IMG/VR virus record: IMGVR_UViG_3300017909_001655
Coordinates: 1 to 37,560 of that record
Source: a virus
Taxonomy: Duplodnaviria > Caudoviricetes
Reading direction: 5' to 3' (one strand)
Length of the DNA stretch: 37,560 nt
Every line of letters begins with the position of its first letter. Within the stretch, counting starts at the first letter, position 1. Position numbers and translations under genes: made by a program. Below the pieces are notes generated by a model that had not been told where the DNA came from, ran no database searches, and saw nothing but the letters and a program-made list of their open reading frames with translations. Shown here one piece after another: positions 7,215-15,747 of this stretch.

Positions 7215-7586
7215 ATGAGTTCAACAAATTTTTACATGGGTTCTCTTAGATATGACCCAACAGGAAGAAAAAGAAAAAATCATGCTCTTAATCCAGTAAG
7301 GCGTAAAAAAGTACCAGCATATCAGCAAGGTACACATAAGCCTGACCAAGTAGCTATTGAAAGAATGAAAGCTGCTAAAGAGCATAAAGAAAAGTATCCA
7401 TCTCTTATGGAACAACAAATTAAGTCTGGTACGTTTTGTGCTAATGGAAATACTACAGGAAAAAAAGAGCCTATGAAATATACTGGCACTTTGGTCAAAG
7501 GTATTGCAACCATGCACAAATCTAATGCAGTACCAATTATAAGTCAAGAAGAAGCTACCGATATTGCGAGGATGAGGCGTGGGTAG
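7215..7586 (+). CDS. Basic hypothetical protein of T4-like phages
   Basis: C-terminal YTGTLVKGIATMHKSNAVPI motif recalled from T4-like phage hypotheticals. Directly follows the promoter. Confidence 0.75.
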   Translation: MSSTNFYMGSLRYDPTGRKRKNHALNPVRRKKVPAYQQGTHKPDQVAIERMKAAKEHKEKYPSLMEQQIKSGTFCANGNTTGKKEPMKYTGTLVKGIATMHKSNAVPIISQEEATDIARMRRG

Positions 7587-7598
7587 TTTCATAATTTC

Positions 7599-7650
7599 GG
7601 GGGGATGGGTTTCTAAACTCCTTATCATCAATTCCCTGACCCCCACCTTT
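7599..7650 (+). ncRNA. GC-clamped hairpin with an anti-Shine-Dalgarno loop (candidate regulatory RNA element)
   Basis: GGGGGG-AT-GGG pairs with CCC-TGA-CCCCC. The loop contains AACTCCTTATCA. Confidence 0.45.
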
Positions 7651-7661
7651 AGGAGAATGAT

Positions 7662-7844
7662 ATGGACTTGTTAGGAGCAATACTACTTATACTTTCAGCA
7701 TTTTTTGTTTATATGTCATCACATATAATCTCAGAAGAAAAGGTAGGAAAAAGTATTCCTTTACCTTGGGAAAGAATGTTTAAGAAAGAAGGAAAAGTAT
7801 TTGATAAATCTGATATAGAATATAGAGATGGTGATAACACATAA
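7662..7844 (+). CDS. Small membrane-anchored protein
   Basis: AGGAG SD, N-terminal hydrophobic helix, 60 aa. Confidence 0.7.
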   Translation: MDLLGAILLILSAFFVYMSSHIISEEKVGKSIPLPWERMFKKEGKVFDKSDIEYRDGDNT

Positions 7845-7852
7845 GGAGAAAT

Positions 7853-9001
7853 ATGGCTAGAAGAAAAAGAAGATTAAAGAACGCTGATGAAGCGTTAATG
7901 GGACCTAAGCCAAACTATGGTCCACATAATCCAGTGCCTGAGAAAGATGAAGATAGGGTAAAGGAATATCGAAGAGCACAAAACTGGTTCTACTACTTTG
8001 AGAATAAAAAGAATGCTGAAGTAGTTTGTCAGAACTATGCTAAAAATCATTTAGGATTTACAAAAGCACAAATCAATAATTTGAAAAAGCTTCCTGGTTG
8101 GAAGTATAGAATGAGTATCTATCAGCATATTGAAATGATTAATAGTGGTTGGACTGGTCATCCCTTAGATGATTCAATACTAAATATGATTAAGGATAGA
8201 TTAGTACAGGCTGAAAAAGAAGGTTCCAAGATTGTAAAGGAAATAAGTAATAAACCAAAGCCTGTAGTTATTCCACCAGCTGAAAGAACAAGAAGAAAAC
8301 TATTAGATACTCTTTATGCAGAGTTTGATGAGTTAATTGTTGAAGGTTGGTTTGATGGTGAGTTTACACAGAAGTTTAATTTATATTCTAGATTTAAAGG
8401 ACATGGATTCAAAGGAAATGCTATTGAACCATTTCGTAGAATGATAATGCCTGAGTATGAATGTATATTAGATGCTTATAATAAAACATGCGATCAAGCA
8501 GTAGAAGCATATTCCCATATCAAGAAAAGTGATAAGAAGAAAATACTAAACATGTATGAAGATATGTTTAAGGATATGGATAAACTCAAACAAAGTTTTA
8601 AAGCTCAAAGGGTTCCTAGAGCACATAAAAGAAAGACATCAGATGAGCAAGTTACGCATCTTCAGTATCAAAATGAATGTGAAGATTCTAAACTTGCATC
8701 GATAAATCCTGTAATGATACCAGGTAAATCCAAACTGTGGGTATATAATACCAAACAAAGGCGGCTGACCGAATATGTGACTACCGCCACAGATGGATTC
8801 CTGATTGCAGGGACTTCGATTAAAAATCATGATGAGAAGCTGAGTAAAACAGCTACGCTTCGAAAACCAGATGATATGCTTCCAATCGTACTAAGTAAAA
8901 CTGAGAAACAGTTAGAAAAGTTTTGGGATGATATCACAACAAAAATTGGTTCTCCTAACGGGAGAATAAATAAAGATTGTATATTAATGAGGGTATTTTA
9001 A
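7853..9001 (+). CDS. Conserved T4-like phage hypothetical protein
   Basis: TAAGGAG SD. 382 aa with C-terminal LWVYNTK...KTATLRKP...PNGRIN motifs. Located upstream of gp33. Confidence 0.75.
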   Translation: MARRKRRLKNADEALMGPKPNYGPHNPVPEKDEDRVKEYRRAQNWFYYFENKKNAEVVCQNYAKNHLGFTKAQINNLKKLPGWKYRMSIYQHIEMINSGWTGHPLDDSILNMIKDRLVQAEKEGSKIVKEISNKPKPVVIPPAERTRRKLLDTLYAEFDELIVEGWFDGEFTQKFNLYSRFKGHGFKGNAIEPFRRMIMPEYECILDAYNKTCDQAVEAYSHIKKSDKKKILNMYEDMFKDMDKLKQSFKAQRVPRAHKRKTSDEQVTHLQYQNECEDSKLASINPVMIPGKSKLWVYNTKQRRLTEYVTTATDGFLIAGTSIKNHDEKLSKTATLRKPDDMLPIVLSKTEKQLEKFWDDITTKIGSPNGRINKDCILMRVF

Positions 9002-9522
9002 TGTTAACAGTTGGAGATAAATTTCCTGCTTTCTCACTGCAGGGAATCAATGAAAAAAACGAATTTGTGAGAGTAAATATATATGAAGGCTACACACCAC
9101 TTAAAAAAGATTGGTCAGTAGTTTATTTTTATCCTAAAGACTTTACTTTTATCTGTCCTACAGAAATTGCAGGTATGGATGTACTAACAGAGCATGCAAA
9201 TGTGGTTGGTATATCAGGTGATAATGAATTCTGTAAATTAGCTTGGAAACAAGAAAATGAATTAATAGGTAATATTAATCATACACTTGCAGCTGATTGT
9301 GGATTAGGATTATCAAATACTTTAGGTATTGTAAACGAAGAGGAAGGTGTTTGTTATAGAGCAACTTTCATCTTTGACAGAGAAAGAACTATACATCATG
9401 TATCAGTTAATGCTCTTGATACTGGTAGAAATGCTCAAGAAGTATTAAGAACATTGAAAGGTTTACAAGCCGGTGGTTTAACTGGATGTGCTTGGGACGA
9501 AGGTGATGAGTTTGTCGGCTAA
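9001..9522 (+). CDS. ahpC: 2-Cys peroxiredoxin (AhpC/TSA family)
   Basis: YPKDFTFICPTEI peroxidatic motif, RATFI, GRNAQEVLR, C-terminal GCAW. ATG 9001 is coupled by TAATG. Confidence 0.92.
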   Translation: MLTVGDKFPAFSLQGINEKNEFVRVNIYEGYTPLKKDWSVVYFYPKDFTFICPTEIAGMDVLTEHANVVGISGDNEFCKLAWKQENELIGNINHTLAADCGLGLSNTLGIVNEEEGVCYRATFIFDRERTIHHVSVNALDTGRNAQEVLRTLKGLQAGGLTGCAWDEGDEFVG

Positions 9523-9766
9523 AATAGAAGTACCTATAAAGGAAAAAATTATGACGAGAAAAAGATTCTCTACAGCTGTAGAGACAATGGTAGCTCAACA
9601 TAATTTAACTTATATCGATGCTGCAACTTATATAGTTCAGGAAAGAGGGTTAGATTTTAGAAATCTAAAGAGGTTATTAACTGATAGTTTAAAACAAAAA
9701 TTAGAAGAAGAAGCCTCTTCATTAAATTTAATTAGAGGTAAAAGGAAAAATAAACTTCCAGTATGA
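9506..9766 (+). CDS. gp33: Late-promoter transcription co-activator gp33
   Basis: RFSTAVE...TYIDAA...LKQKLEEEASSLNLI...KLPV pattern, gp33-gp59-gp32 synteny. Start uncertain. Confidence 0.85.
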   Translation: MSLSAKIEVPIKEKIMTRKRFSTAVETMVAQHNLTYIDAATYIVQERGLDFRNLKRLLTDSLKQKLEEEASSLNLIRGKRKNKLPV

Positions 9767-10356
9767 ATGACCCGTATGAATCTTATAAACTTTACAATGC
9801 GCTCAAACTGCATTTTGAGACAGATTCATATGATGCAATAAAGTACAATTTTAAAACTTCTATTAAACCACAATCTTTCTTTAATCGAAAAGATAAATAC
9901 TTCTTCGCCAAGTTAGCAAAAACTTATGGTAAACATTTAAAGGATTACTATATTGCTAATTTTAAAATGGATGTTAAGTATGTCGGTGATATGCTTAACG
10001 AAGGTGGAGAACAATACTATCGTTCTCATAAAAAAGTTTTAGAGTCAATACACTATAGCTTTGAGAATGATATAAATAAACTTAGTGAGATTGAAAGTTC
10101 CTTTGATAATTTATTAATATCAGAGAATAACAATCACCCTAAGATTATAAAGCTTTGGATGCAAGAAGAAATACTTTTGGAAACAATCGTAATCTTGGAT
10201 TCATTAACGGGGTTTGTTGAAAGGGAAAATAAGAAGATATCTGAAACAATTATTTGGCCAGACATCTATCGTAAGATAACTAAATACAAACCATTTGTAA
10301 ATTTTAACACAGAGAAGTGTAAAGGTATACTAATAAAACAGTTTACAAATGCATAG
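9763..10356 (+). CDS. gp59: Helicase loader gp59
   Basis: YKLYNALKLHF...YDAIKY...RKDKYFFAKLA motifs, synteny. Confidence 0.9.
   Translation: MNDPYESYKLYNALKLHFETDSYDAIKYNFKTSIKPQSFFNRKDKYFFAKLAKTYGKHLKDYYIANFKMDVKYVGDMLNEGGEQYYRSHKKVLESIHYSFENDINKLSEIESSFDNLLISENNNHPKIIKLWMQEEILLETIVILDSLTGFVERENKKISETIIWPDIYRKITKYKPFVNFNTEKCKGILIKQFTNA
10071..10078 (+). promoter_or_regulatory. Possible T4 late promoter for gp32
   Basis: TATAAATA inside gp59. Confidence 0.4.
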
Positions 10357-10370
10357 AAATGTGTTATAAT
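10341..10370 (+). promoter_or_regulatory. T4-type early (sigma70) promoter for gp32
   Basis: TTTACA 10342-10347, 17-nt spacer, TGT-TATAAT with the -10 at 10365-10370. Confidence 0.85.
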
Positions 10371-10433
10371 ATAACTCTATATTATGAATAAAGTGGATAA
10401 TTCAGTAAATACAATGTACATACGGAGAATAAA

Positions 10434-11342
10434 ATGTCATTAGATAACTTAAAGAGCATGCGAGGCTCATCAATCGATAAACTCGTAAAAGCTGCAGAAG
10501 CAGTATCCACAACCAAAACCGAAACAAAGTCATATGACGATGATAGATTTTGGAAACCCACCAGAGACAAAGCAGGGAACGGTTATGCCGTGGTGAGATT
10601 CTTACCTGCCAAAGAGGGTGAAGACCTTCCTTGGGTAAGATATTGGGACCATGGTTTTAAAGGTCCTACTGGTCTATGGTACATAGAAAATTCATTAACC
10701 TCAATTGGTCAAGACGATCCTGTATCGGAAGCCAATTCTGTTCTTTGGAACTCTGGTAGAGATGAAGATAAAGCGTTAGCAAGGGAAAGAAAAAGAAGGC
10801 TACATTACATATCAAATGTATTAGTAGTATCCGATCCTGAGAATCCGCAAAATGAAGGTAAAGTATTCCTTTATCAATTTGGTAAAAAAATCTTTGATAA
10901 AATCATGGATGTAATGCAACCACAATTTGCTGATGAGCAACCTGTAAATCCTTATGATTTCTGGGAAGGCGCTGACTTTAAAATCAAAATCAGAAAAGTC
11001 GAAGGTTGGGTTAACTATGATAAGTCTGAGTTCTCTAAACCTTCATCACTATTCGAAGGTGATGAGGCAAGGTTAACAGAAGTATATGATAAACTATATA
11101 GTTTACAAGATTTCTTAAAGCCTGAGAACTATAAAACTTATGATGAGTTAAAAATGAAACTCAATAGAGTACTTGGTGTTGAAGCGGTAGAAGAACCTAT
11201 GCCATCTGTCATGGATTCAGCTCCTACACAACAAGCTCCAGCAATGAGTACAGCCGATGCAGAAGCAATGGGAACTAAAGATACATCAGAAGATGATGAT
11301 GATACCCTAAGCTACTTTGCTAAACTAGCTCAAGAAAATTAA
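10434..11342 (+). CDS. gp32: Single-stranded DNA-binding protein gp32
   Basis: DDRFWKP..DKAGNGYAVVRFLP, GKKIFDKI, GADFKIKI...NYDKSEF motifs, acidic tail ending SYFAKLA. Confidence 0.96.
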   Translation: MSLDNLKSMRGSSIDKLVKAAEAVSTTKTETKSYDDDRFWKPTRDKAGNGYAVVRFLPAKEGEDLPWVRYWDHGFKGPTGLWYIENSLTSIGQDDPVSEANSVLWNSGRDEDKALARERKRRLHYISNVLVVSDPENPQNEGKVFLYQFGKKIFDKIMDVMQPQFADEQPVNPYDFWEGADFKIKIRKVEGWVNYDKSEFSKPSSLFEGDEARLTEVYDKLYSLQDFLKPENYKTYDELKMKLNRVLGVEAVEEPMPSVMDSAPTQQAPAMSTADAEAMGTKDTSEDDDDTLSYFAKLAQEN

Positions 11343-11357
11343 TTTAATTTAATTTGG

Positions 11358-11385
11358 AAAGGGACTCGAAAGGGTCCCTTTTTTT
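11358..11385 (+). terminator. Rho-independent terminator (probably bidirectional)
   Basis: AAA-GGGACTC-GAAA-GGGTCCC-T7 between converging gp32 and tape-measure genes. Confidence 0.88.
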
Positions 11386-13198
11386 ATCTGCCTGTTACGC
11401 CTTCAAGAGCAAGTCTTGATGGGTTAGGTTGTACAGCCATAATTGTAGTTGCTGCTTGAGAAGATGTATTGTTTGTTATATTAGCACCCATAACTTGTGT
11501 TCCACTGGCTCCAGCTGTAGCAGCTATTTGAGCAGCTGATGTTTCATCACCTAGGGCTGTTAAATCTGTTCCTGTCGTAACGTCAGGTATTTCAATACCT
11601 TCTGGTAAATCAGTAATGCCTTCGGCTTCAGCTTGTTCTTGAATTTCTTTATCTCTTTTCTCTTGTGCTAATCGAGCTTTTGTTTCTTCTTTAAACTTAC
11701 CAGCTCTTCCTGTTTCTAATCCTTCACCTAAGAAAGAATCAACCATATCACCAACTTCATCTCCAAATAACCACCTAGCTAATCTACCTCCACCAAGGAA
11801 TTCAAATATCTTACGTGGTAAGAATGTGATACCGTTTACTAACATGGATAAACCATCAATAAGATATAATGCTCCAAGTTTTAAAGTATCCATTACAGTT
11901 GCGCCTTCACCAAGAGTACTTTTAAGATACATGAAAGCACCAGCTATGACAGCTATGACAGCAACAATAGGTAATATTGGAATCAAAACAGCACCTAAAC
12001 CAGCTAACATACTACTTAGAGTTGATAACATACTTGGTATAAATGTACTTAACATAAATGTTCTGAATGTTTTAACCATTTTTACTAATTTAGCTAACTT
12101 ACCAAATAAACCACCAAATGCAGTTATGAGAGGACCACCGAAGTATAATGCTAATCCTAATACTAATCCACCAAATAAGAATATATTATCTCCAATCTTT
12201 TGTTTTGCTGTTTCAAAATCACCGGTGACAAAAGCTACTAAACCTTCAACTATCTCTAAGAATCCAGTTACGAAATTTTGTATTATTTCACTTAATAGTT
12301 CTGGGTCAACTACACCAATAACTAATCCTATTAGACCTGCTAATAAACCACCAGTTTTAACTGCGCTTTGACCAAAATTACCAAGCTTATCTCCGAATCC
12401 ACTGATAGAGTCACCTATTTTTGTAAGTTGACTAGATTGAAGTTCAGCTGCCTTTTGAGCTTCTCTTGATTTTTCTCTATCGGTAGTTGCGTCAAGTAAT
12501 TCTTGTCGCATTACATTACTTTGTTCCTGCGTAACTAAACCATCTTTCTCCATTTGCTGAATATCAGATAATCTATTATTGAACTCAGTAAAAGCTGGAT
12601 CGATTTTACCTCCAAATGTAGGACCTAATTGCTTTAAAGCTTTTTCAATCATATCATCATTTACTTCATTAGCTTTTTGACCTTCTTTTAAGTTATCTAC
12701 AAAACTTTTAAATCCTTCTGATTGTGTTGCTATTTGTTGGGCATTTAATTCTTTACCTTGGTCAATAAGATTTTGTATTTTAGTAGCATCATTTGCTGCA
12801 GCATTGATTATATTAGTACCAACTTTATTGGTGGCACCAGTTAAATTTTTAAGAGTACCATCTTGTTTAAATATGGCTTTTCGTGTTGATTCAATTTGTT
12901 CATCAATTTGATTAGCAGTTTCTATTTGGCCTGAAGCTCTTAACTCATCTGCAGCAATTTTTTGTTCTTGAAGTGTTTTGACAGTTTCATTCAGAGTCAA
13001 AGTCTTTTTAGCTGAAATAGCTAGTTGTGATGTCTTTGCTAAATTTTCTTTATTTACTTTAGCATTTTCTTTAAGACTAGTATTTTGATAAGTGTTAGCA
13101 ACTTCAGCCTTTTTAGCAGCATCTTGCTGCGACTTTATTAAAGCTTGTTGACTATCCTTTATTATCTTACCGGGCTTTTTATCTGAATCTTCTGCCAT
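11384..13198 (-). CDS. Probable tape measure protein (gp29-like)
   Basis: 604 aa, N-terminal helical/coiled coil, central hydrophobic Gly/Ala segments, C-terminal NNTSS tail. Downstream of gp26/gp51. Confidence 0.65.
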   Translation of the reverse strand: MAEDSDKKPGKIIKDSQQALIKSQQDAAKKAEVANTYQNTSLKENAKVNKENLAKTSQLAISAKKTLTLNETVKTLQEQKIAADELRASGQIETANQIDEQIESTRKAIFKQDGTLKNLTGATNKVGTNIINAAANDATKIQNLIDQGKELNAQQIATQSEGFKSFVDNLKEGQKANEVNDDMIEKALKQLGPTFGGKIDPAFTEFNNRLSDIQQMEKDGLVTQEQSNVMRQELLDATTDREKSREAQKAAELQSSQLTKIGDSISGFGDKLGNFGQSAVKTGGLLAGLIGLVIGVVDPELLSEIIQNFVTGFLEIVEGLVAFVTGDFETAKQKIGDNIFLFGGLVLGLALYFGGPLITAFGGLFGKLAKLVKMVKTFRTFMLSTFIPSMLSTLSSMLAGLGAVLIPILPIVAVIAVIAGAFMYLKSTLGEGATVMDTLKLGALYLIDGLSMLVNGITFLPRKIFEFLGGGRLARWLFGDEVGDMVDSFLGEGLETGRAGKFKEETKARLAQEKRDKEIQEQAEAEGITDLPEGIEIPDVTTGTDLTALGDETSAAQIAATAGASGTQVMGANITNNTSSQAATTIMAVQPNPSRLALEGVTGR

Positions 13199-13208
13199 TT
13201 AAATTATC

Positions 13209-13592
13209 CTATTTATTGCCAAATGCACGTCCAGCTTCTGATATACCGAATGCACCTAGTGTGACTACAACAAATGATGTATAAATTGTATCATCAACTT
13301 GGAGGTCCATTCCCCAGAAGGCTGTGACTAAATCAGCAATACCAAATGCTACCATTAATGTGAAAGCTATAAACCCAATGATTGCTTTTTCATTTAAATC
13401 ATTGTGGTCTAAGAATAAATCTATAAACCTTCTTTTAGGTGGTGCAAGTCTTTTCTTAGCTTCTGCTGCTTCGTCTTGCATATCCTTAATAGTATCTTCA
13501 GCTGCGTCTAGCTTCTCAATGAGAGCCATATACTTATCTAAGTCTATTTCTACTTCATTTCGGCTATTATCTGTTGCGTTATTGTCAGCCAT
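13209..13592 (-). CDS. Membrane protein (coiled coil + 2 TM)
   Basis: GGAG SD, N-terminal coiled coil, two hydrophobic helices. Confidence 0.75.
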   Translation of the reverse strand: MADNNATDNSRNEVEIDLDKYMALIEKLDAAEDTIKDMQDEAAEAKKRLAPPKRRFIDLFLDHNDLNEKAIIGFIAFTLMVAFGIADLVTAFWGMDLQVDDTIYTSFVVVTLGAFGISEAGRAFGNK

Positions 13593-13602
13593 TTTTTTCT
13601 CC

Positions 13603-13803
13603 CTATTTCATTTTCATTCTACGCTCTTGTTCCGCGTACCTTTCATTTTCTCTCTCAATATGGTCCTTTAATAAAGTCACATATATTTCCCTTTCATACG
13701 GAATCATATTATCTAGTTCGGTCAAACTATACTTATGACTCTGCATCATCGCGAAGTTTGTCTTATAATGGTTTACAAGACTATCGTGAGAGAGGCCTAC
13801 GTA
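13603..13803 (-). CDS. gp51: gp51-like baseplate hub assembly protein (not in ORF track); first ATG at 13749, probably reached by -1 frameshift from gp26
   Basis: (YVGLSHDSLVNHYKTNFA)MMQSHKYSLTELDNMIPYEREIYVTLLKDHIERENERYAEQERRMKMK, matching the small gp51 pattern HKYSLxELxNMxPxERxIY. Confidence 0.85.
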   Translation of the reverse strand, partial: YVGLSHDSLVNHYKTNFAMMQSHKYSLTELDNMIPYEREIYVTLLKDHIERENERYAEQERRMKMK

Positions 13804-14507
13804 AAAAAACTTTGAAGACCTCTCAACTCCATTTTATCTTCTTTTCCACAACTTTCACAAGTATATTCCACATCTTTCTTTACACTTGGTATATTTTGTA
13901 GATAATCAGATACCATTTTAAACTGAGCTGAGGTTAGAGAACTTAAAAAATCTCTAACATTATCTCTTGTTTCATCTTTTACGTTATAAACATTATCTTC
14001 ATCATAAATTGTTTGCATACAATCTATTATTAAATCAAATGCTCCATCGACGGTTTTTAATTTTTCTTCATCGTAATTAGCCATTAAATCTACTGAAGGA
14101 TACAGCATTTGTATACCTATCGCATCAGTTAATTGGATAACACGATTATCATCAAAATCGTCCATCTCTATTTCATCTAAATTAATATTTACAGGATTTG
14201 GATGTTTACATTCCTCGTTCTGACATATTAATTTAAGTTCTACATTCTCACCAACTGATTTACTTCTCAATTTTAAAAATAACCATTCTAAATCAAAACC
14301 AGTTAATTGATTAATATCAACTTCACTGAGAATACATGCTTGAGCAACATCTTTCATTGCTCTCACAATTTGCTTATTATCTTTCGATTCTAAAGCAACC
14401 ATCATTATTTTTTCTTCCTTAACTAAATAAGGTCTATAATCTATTTCAACTCCGGTTGATGGTAGCTTAGTGCTATACCGGCTTGAATTCACTACTGGCA
14501 AAGCCAT
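13797..14507 (-). CDS. gp26: Baseplate hub assembly chaperone gp26
   Basis: LPSTG..IDYRPYLVKEEK, LRSKSVGE, Cys pairs, ends GLQSFFT. Confidence 0.88.
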   Translation of the reverse strand: MALPVVNSSRYSTKLPSTGVEIDYRPYLVKEEKIMMVALESKDNKQIVRAMKDVAQACILSEVDINQLTGFDLEWLFLKLRSKSVGENVELKLICQNEECKHPNPVNINLDEIEMDDFDDNRVIQLTDAIGIQMLYPSVDLMANYDEEKLKTVDGAFDLIIDCMQTIYDEDNVYNVKDETRDNVRDFLSSLTSAQFKMVSDYLQNIPSVKKDVEYTCESCGKEDKMELRGLQSFFT

Positions 14508-14519
14508 ATTTTTCTCCTA

Positions 14520-15152
14520 TTATGTAATTAAATCCAGTACCGCATTAGCTGCTGATACTGACGATGATAAGGTTCCTTCTGCAACGAACTTATCATATTT
14601 CCAATCAACGGTTAAAGTGGATAATCCATCTTTTTCCTGATTCAATTCAAATCCACTTATAGCTTTAGGATAAGCCTTTTCTAACCTAACACCATAAATG
14701 GGAATGTGCTTTTTATTTAGCATTTGTATTACTACATCTACTGCATAATCATCTTTATAACCAACGATATTACCTTTTACATCTACAATACCGTCCATCC
14801 AATTATCAAACATCCTACGTATATACATATCGTTTGTGACTACAAATTCCATTTTGCAGTCCTCATCGATAAAATCGTATGGATATGAATTTTGTTGTTC
14901 TTCAACACCATATTCAAAAGTACTTAAACTTCTTCCTGGTAAGTTAACTTTTTGACATAATAAACTAATATCCCTTGGGTCATTAATTATATTTTTTAAA
15001 TTGAATCCACCACTTAAAGCACCAGCTAAAAGTGTACTACCATCTAAGTTTAATAAACTTTGCTCGGGAGGTGTGAATATAACATTGAATCTGTTTGTGA
15101 CAGCTAAACCACCATGTTTGTTAAAAGTCGATTTTAAATTGTCTATATTCAT
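14520..15152 (-). CDS. Tail tube initiator / tail-tube-like protein (gp54-like)
   Basis: NRFNVIF, LCQKVNLPGR, FDNWMDGI, AYPKAIS tube-fold motifs. ATG 15152 is coupled to the gp2 stop. Confidence 0.7.
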   Translation of the reverse strand: MNIDNLKSTFNKHGGLAVTNRFNVIFTPPEQSLLNLDGSTLLAGALSGGFNLKNIINDPRDISLLCQKVNLPGRSLSTFEYGVEEQQNSYPYDFIDEDCKMEFVVTNDMYIRRMFDNWMDGIVDVKGNIVGYKDDYAVDVVIQMLNKKHIPIYGVRLEKAYPKAISGFELNQEKDGLSTLTVDWKYDKFVAEGTLSSSVSAANAVLDLIT

Positions 15153-15733
15153 ATTCTTTTCTTCGATTCTGTCCAAACAGTATTTTTGTTGGCTTTTCTA
15201 AATTGTTCTACTGGTAAGAATGTTGCTATTTCCCATTCGGTTATAGGAACTCTTACAAACTTTGATTTAACGTGTTTAGCTAAATAGTGTTTAAAACAAG
15301 GTTTGAACTCTCTATATTTTGCACTACCCTTGAGTAAATCATATCTCATTTTAGTTAAACGTGAATTTGGTTTTGGATTCTTTGGTCCTAAAGCTAATAA
15401 CTTATCTAAGAATATCGCCCTGATATCAGGAGGAAGATAATGTAAGTTAATACCATAGAATCCACCAGGGGCTTCATCAACCATAATGGTAAGAGGAAAC
15501 CTATCATAATATGGTAAAGTTTTCTTAAGTTTTGGATCGTACATATACATATACATTTCACCAATTACACTCGTTCCTTGTGGGTCTAAAGCATCATCAC
15601 TCATTAACGATGCAACAGATGGTCTGTTTAGTCCTTGGACTTTATCCTGAAACCACTTAATACTTTCCTTCGTCCTGCCTGATACACCAGCACGGAAAGC
15701 TTGAGCCTGTAATGTGTCAAATAAACTAGCCAT
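15149..15733 (-). CDS. gp2: DNA end protector protein gp2
   Basis: YDPKLKKTLPYYDRFPL, GINLHYLP, FKHYLAKHVKS motifs. Confidence 0.92.
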   Translation of the reverse strand: MASLFDTLQAQAFRAGVSGRTKESIKWFQDKVQGLNRPSVASLMSDDALDPQGTSVIGEMYMYMYDPKLKKTLPYYDRFPLTIMVDEAPGGFYGINLHYLPPDIRAIFLDKLLALGPKNPKPNSRLTKMRYDLLKGSAKYREFKPCFKHYLAKHVKSKFVRVPITEWEIATFLPVEQFRKANKNTVWTESKKRI

Positions 15734-15739
15734 ATAAAC

Positions 15740-15747
15740 TATTTATA
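15740..15747 (-). promoter_or_regulatory. T4 late promoter
   Basis: TATAAATA on the minus strand, 6 nt before the gp2 ATG. Confidence 0.8.

Noticed and set aside
7221-7646. 141-aa minus-strand ORF spanning the hairpin
   Set aside because: Antisense to a promoter-led conserved gene, atypical composition, no RBS.
8977-9000. ORF-track N-terminal extensions (also 19184, 15176, 9488, 4193)
   Set aside because: Downstream ATGs with stop/start coupling or SD are more plausible starts.
11826-12371. 181-aa plus-strand ORF opposite the tape measure, and similar antisense ORFs (241-633, 13324-13671, 23700-24203, 33442-34185)
   Set aside because: Shadow ORFs from antisense reading of hydrophobic or Gly/Thr-rich genes; no RBS or family motifs.
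13771-13800. GTTTACAA early-promoter-like -35
   Set aside because: No TATAAT at 17-nt spacing; lies within the gp51 coding sequence.
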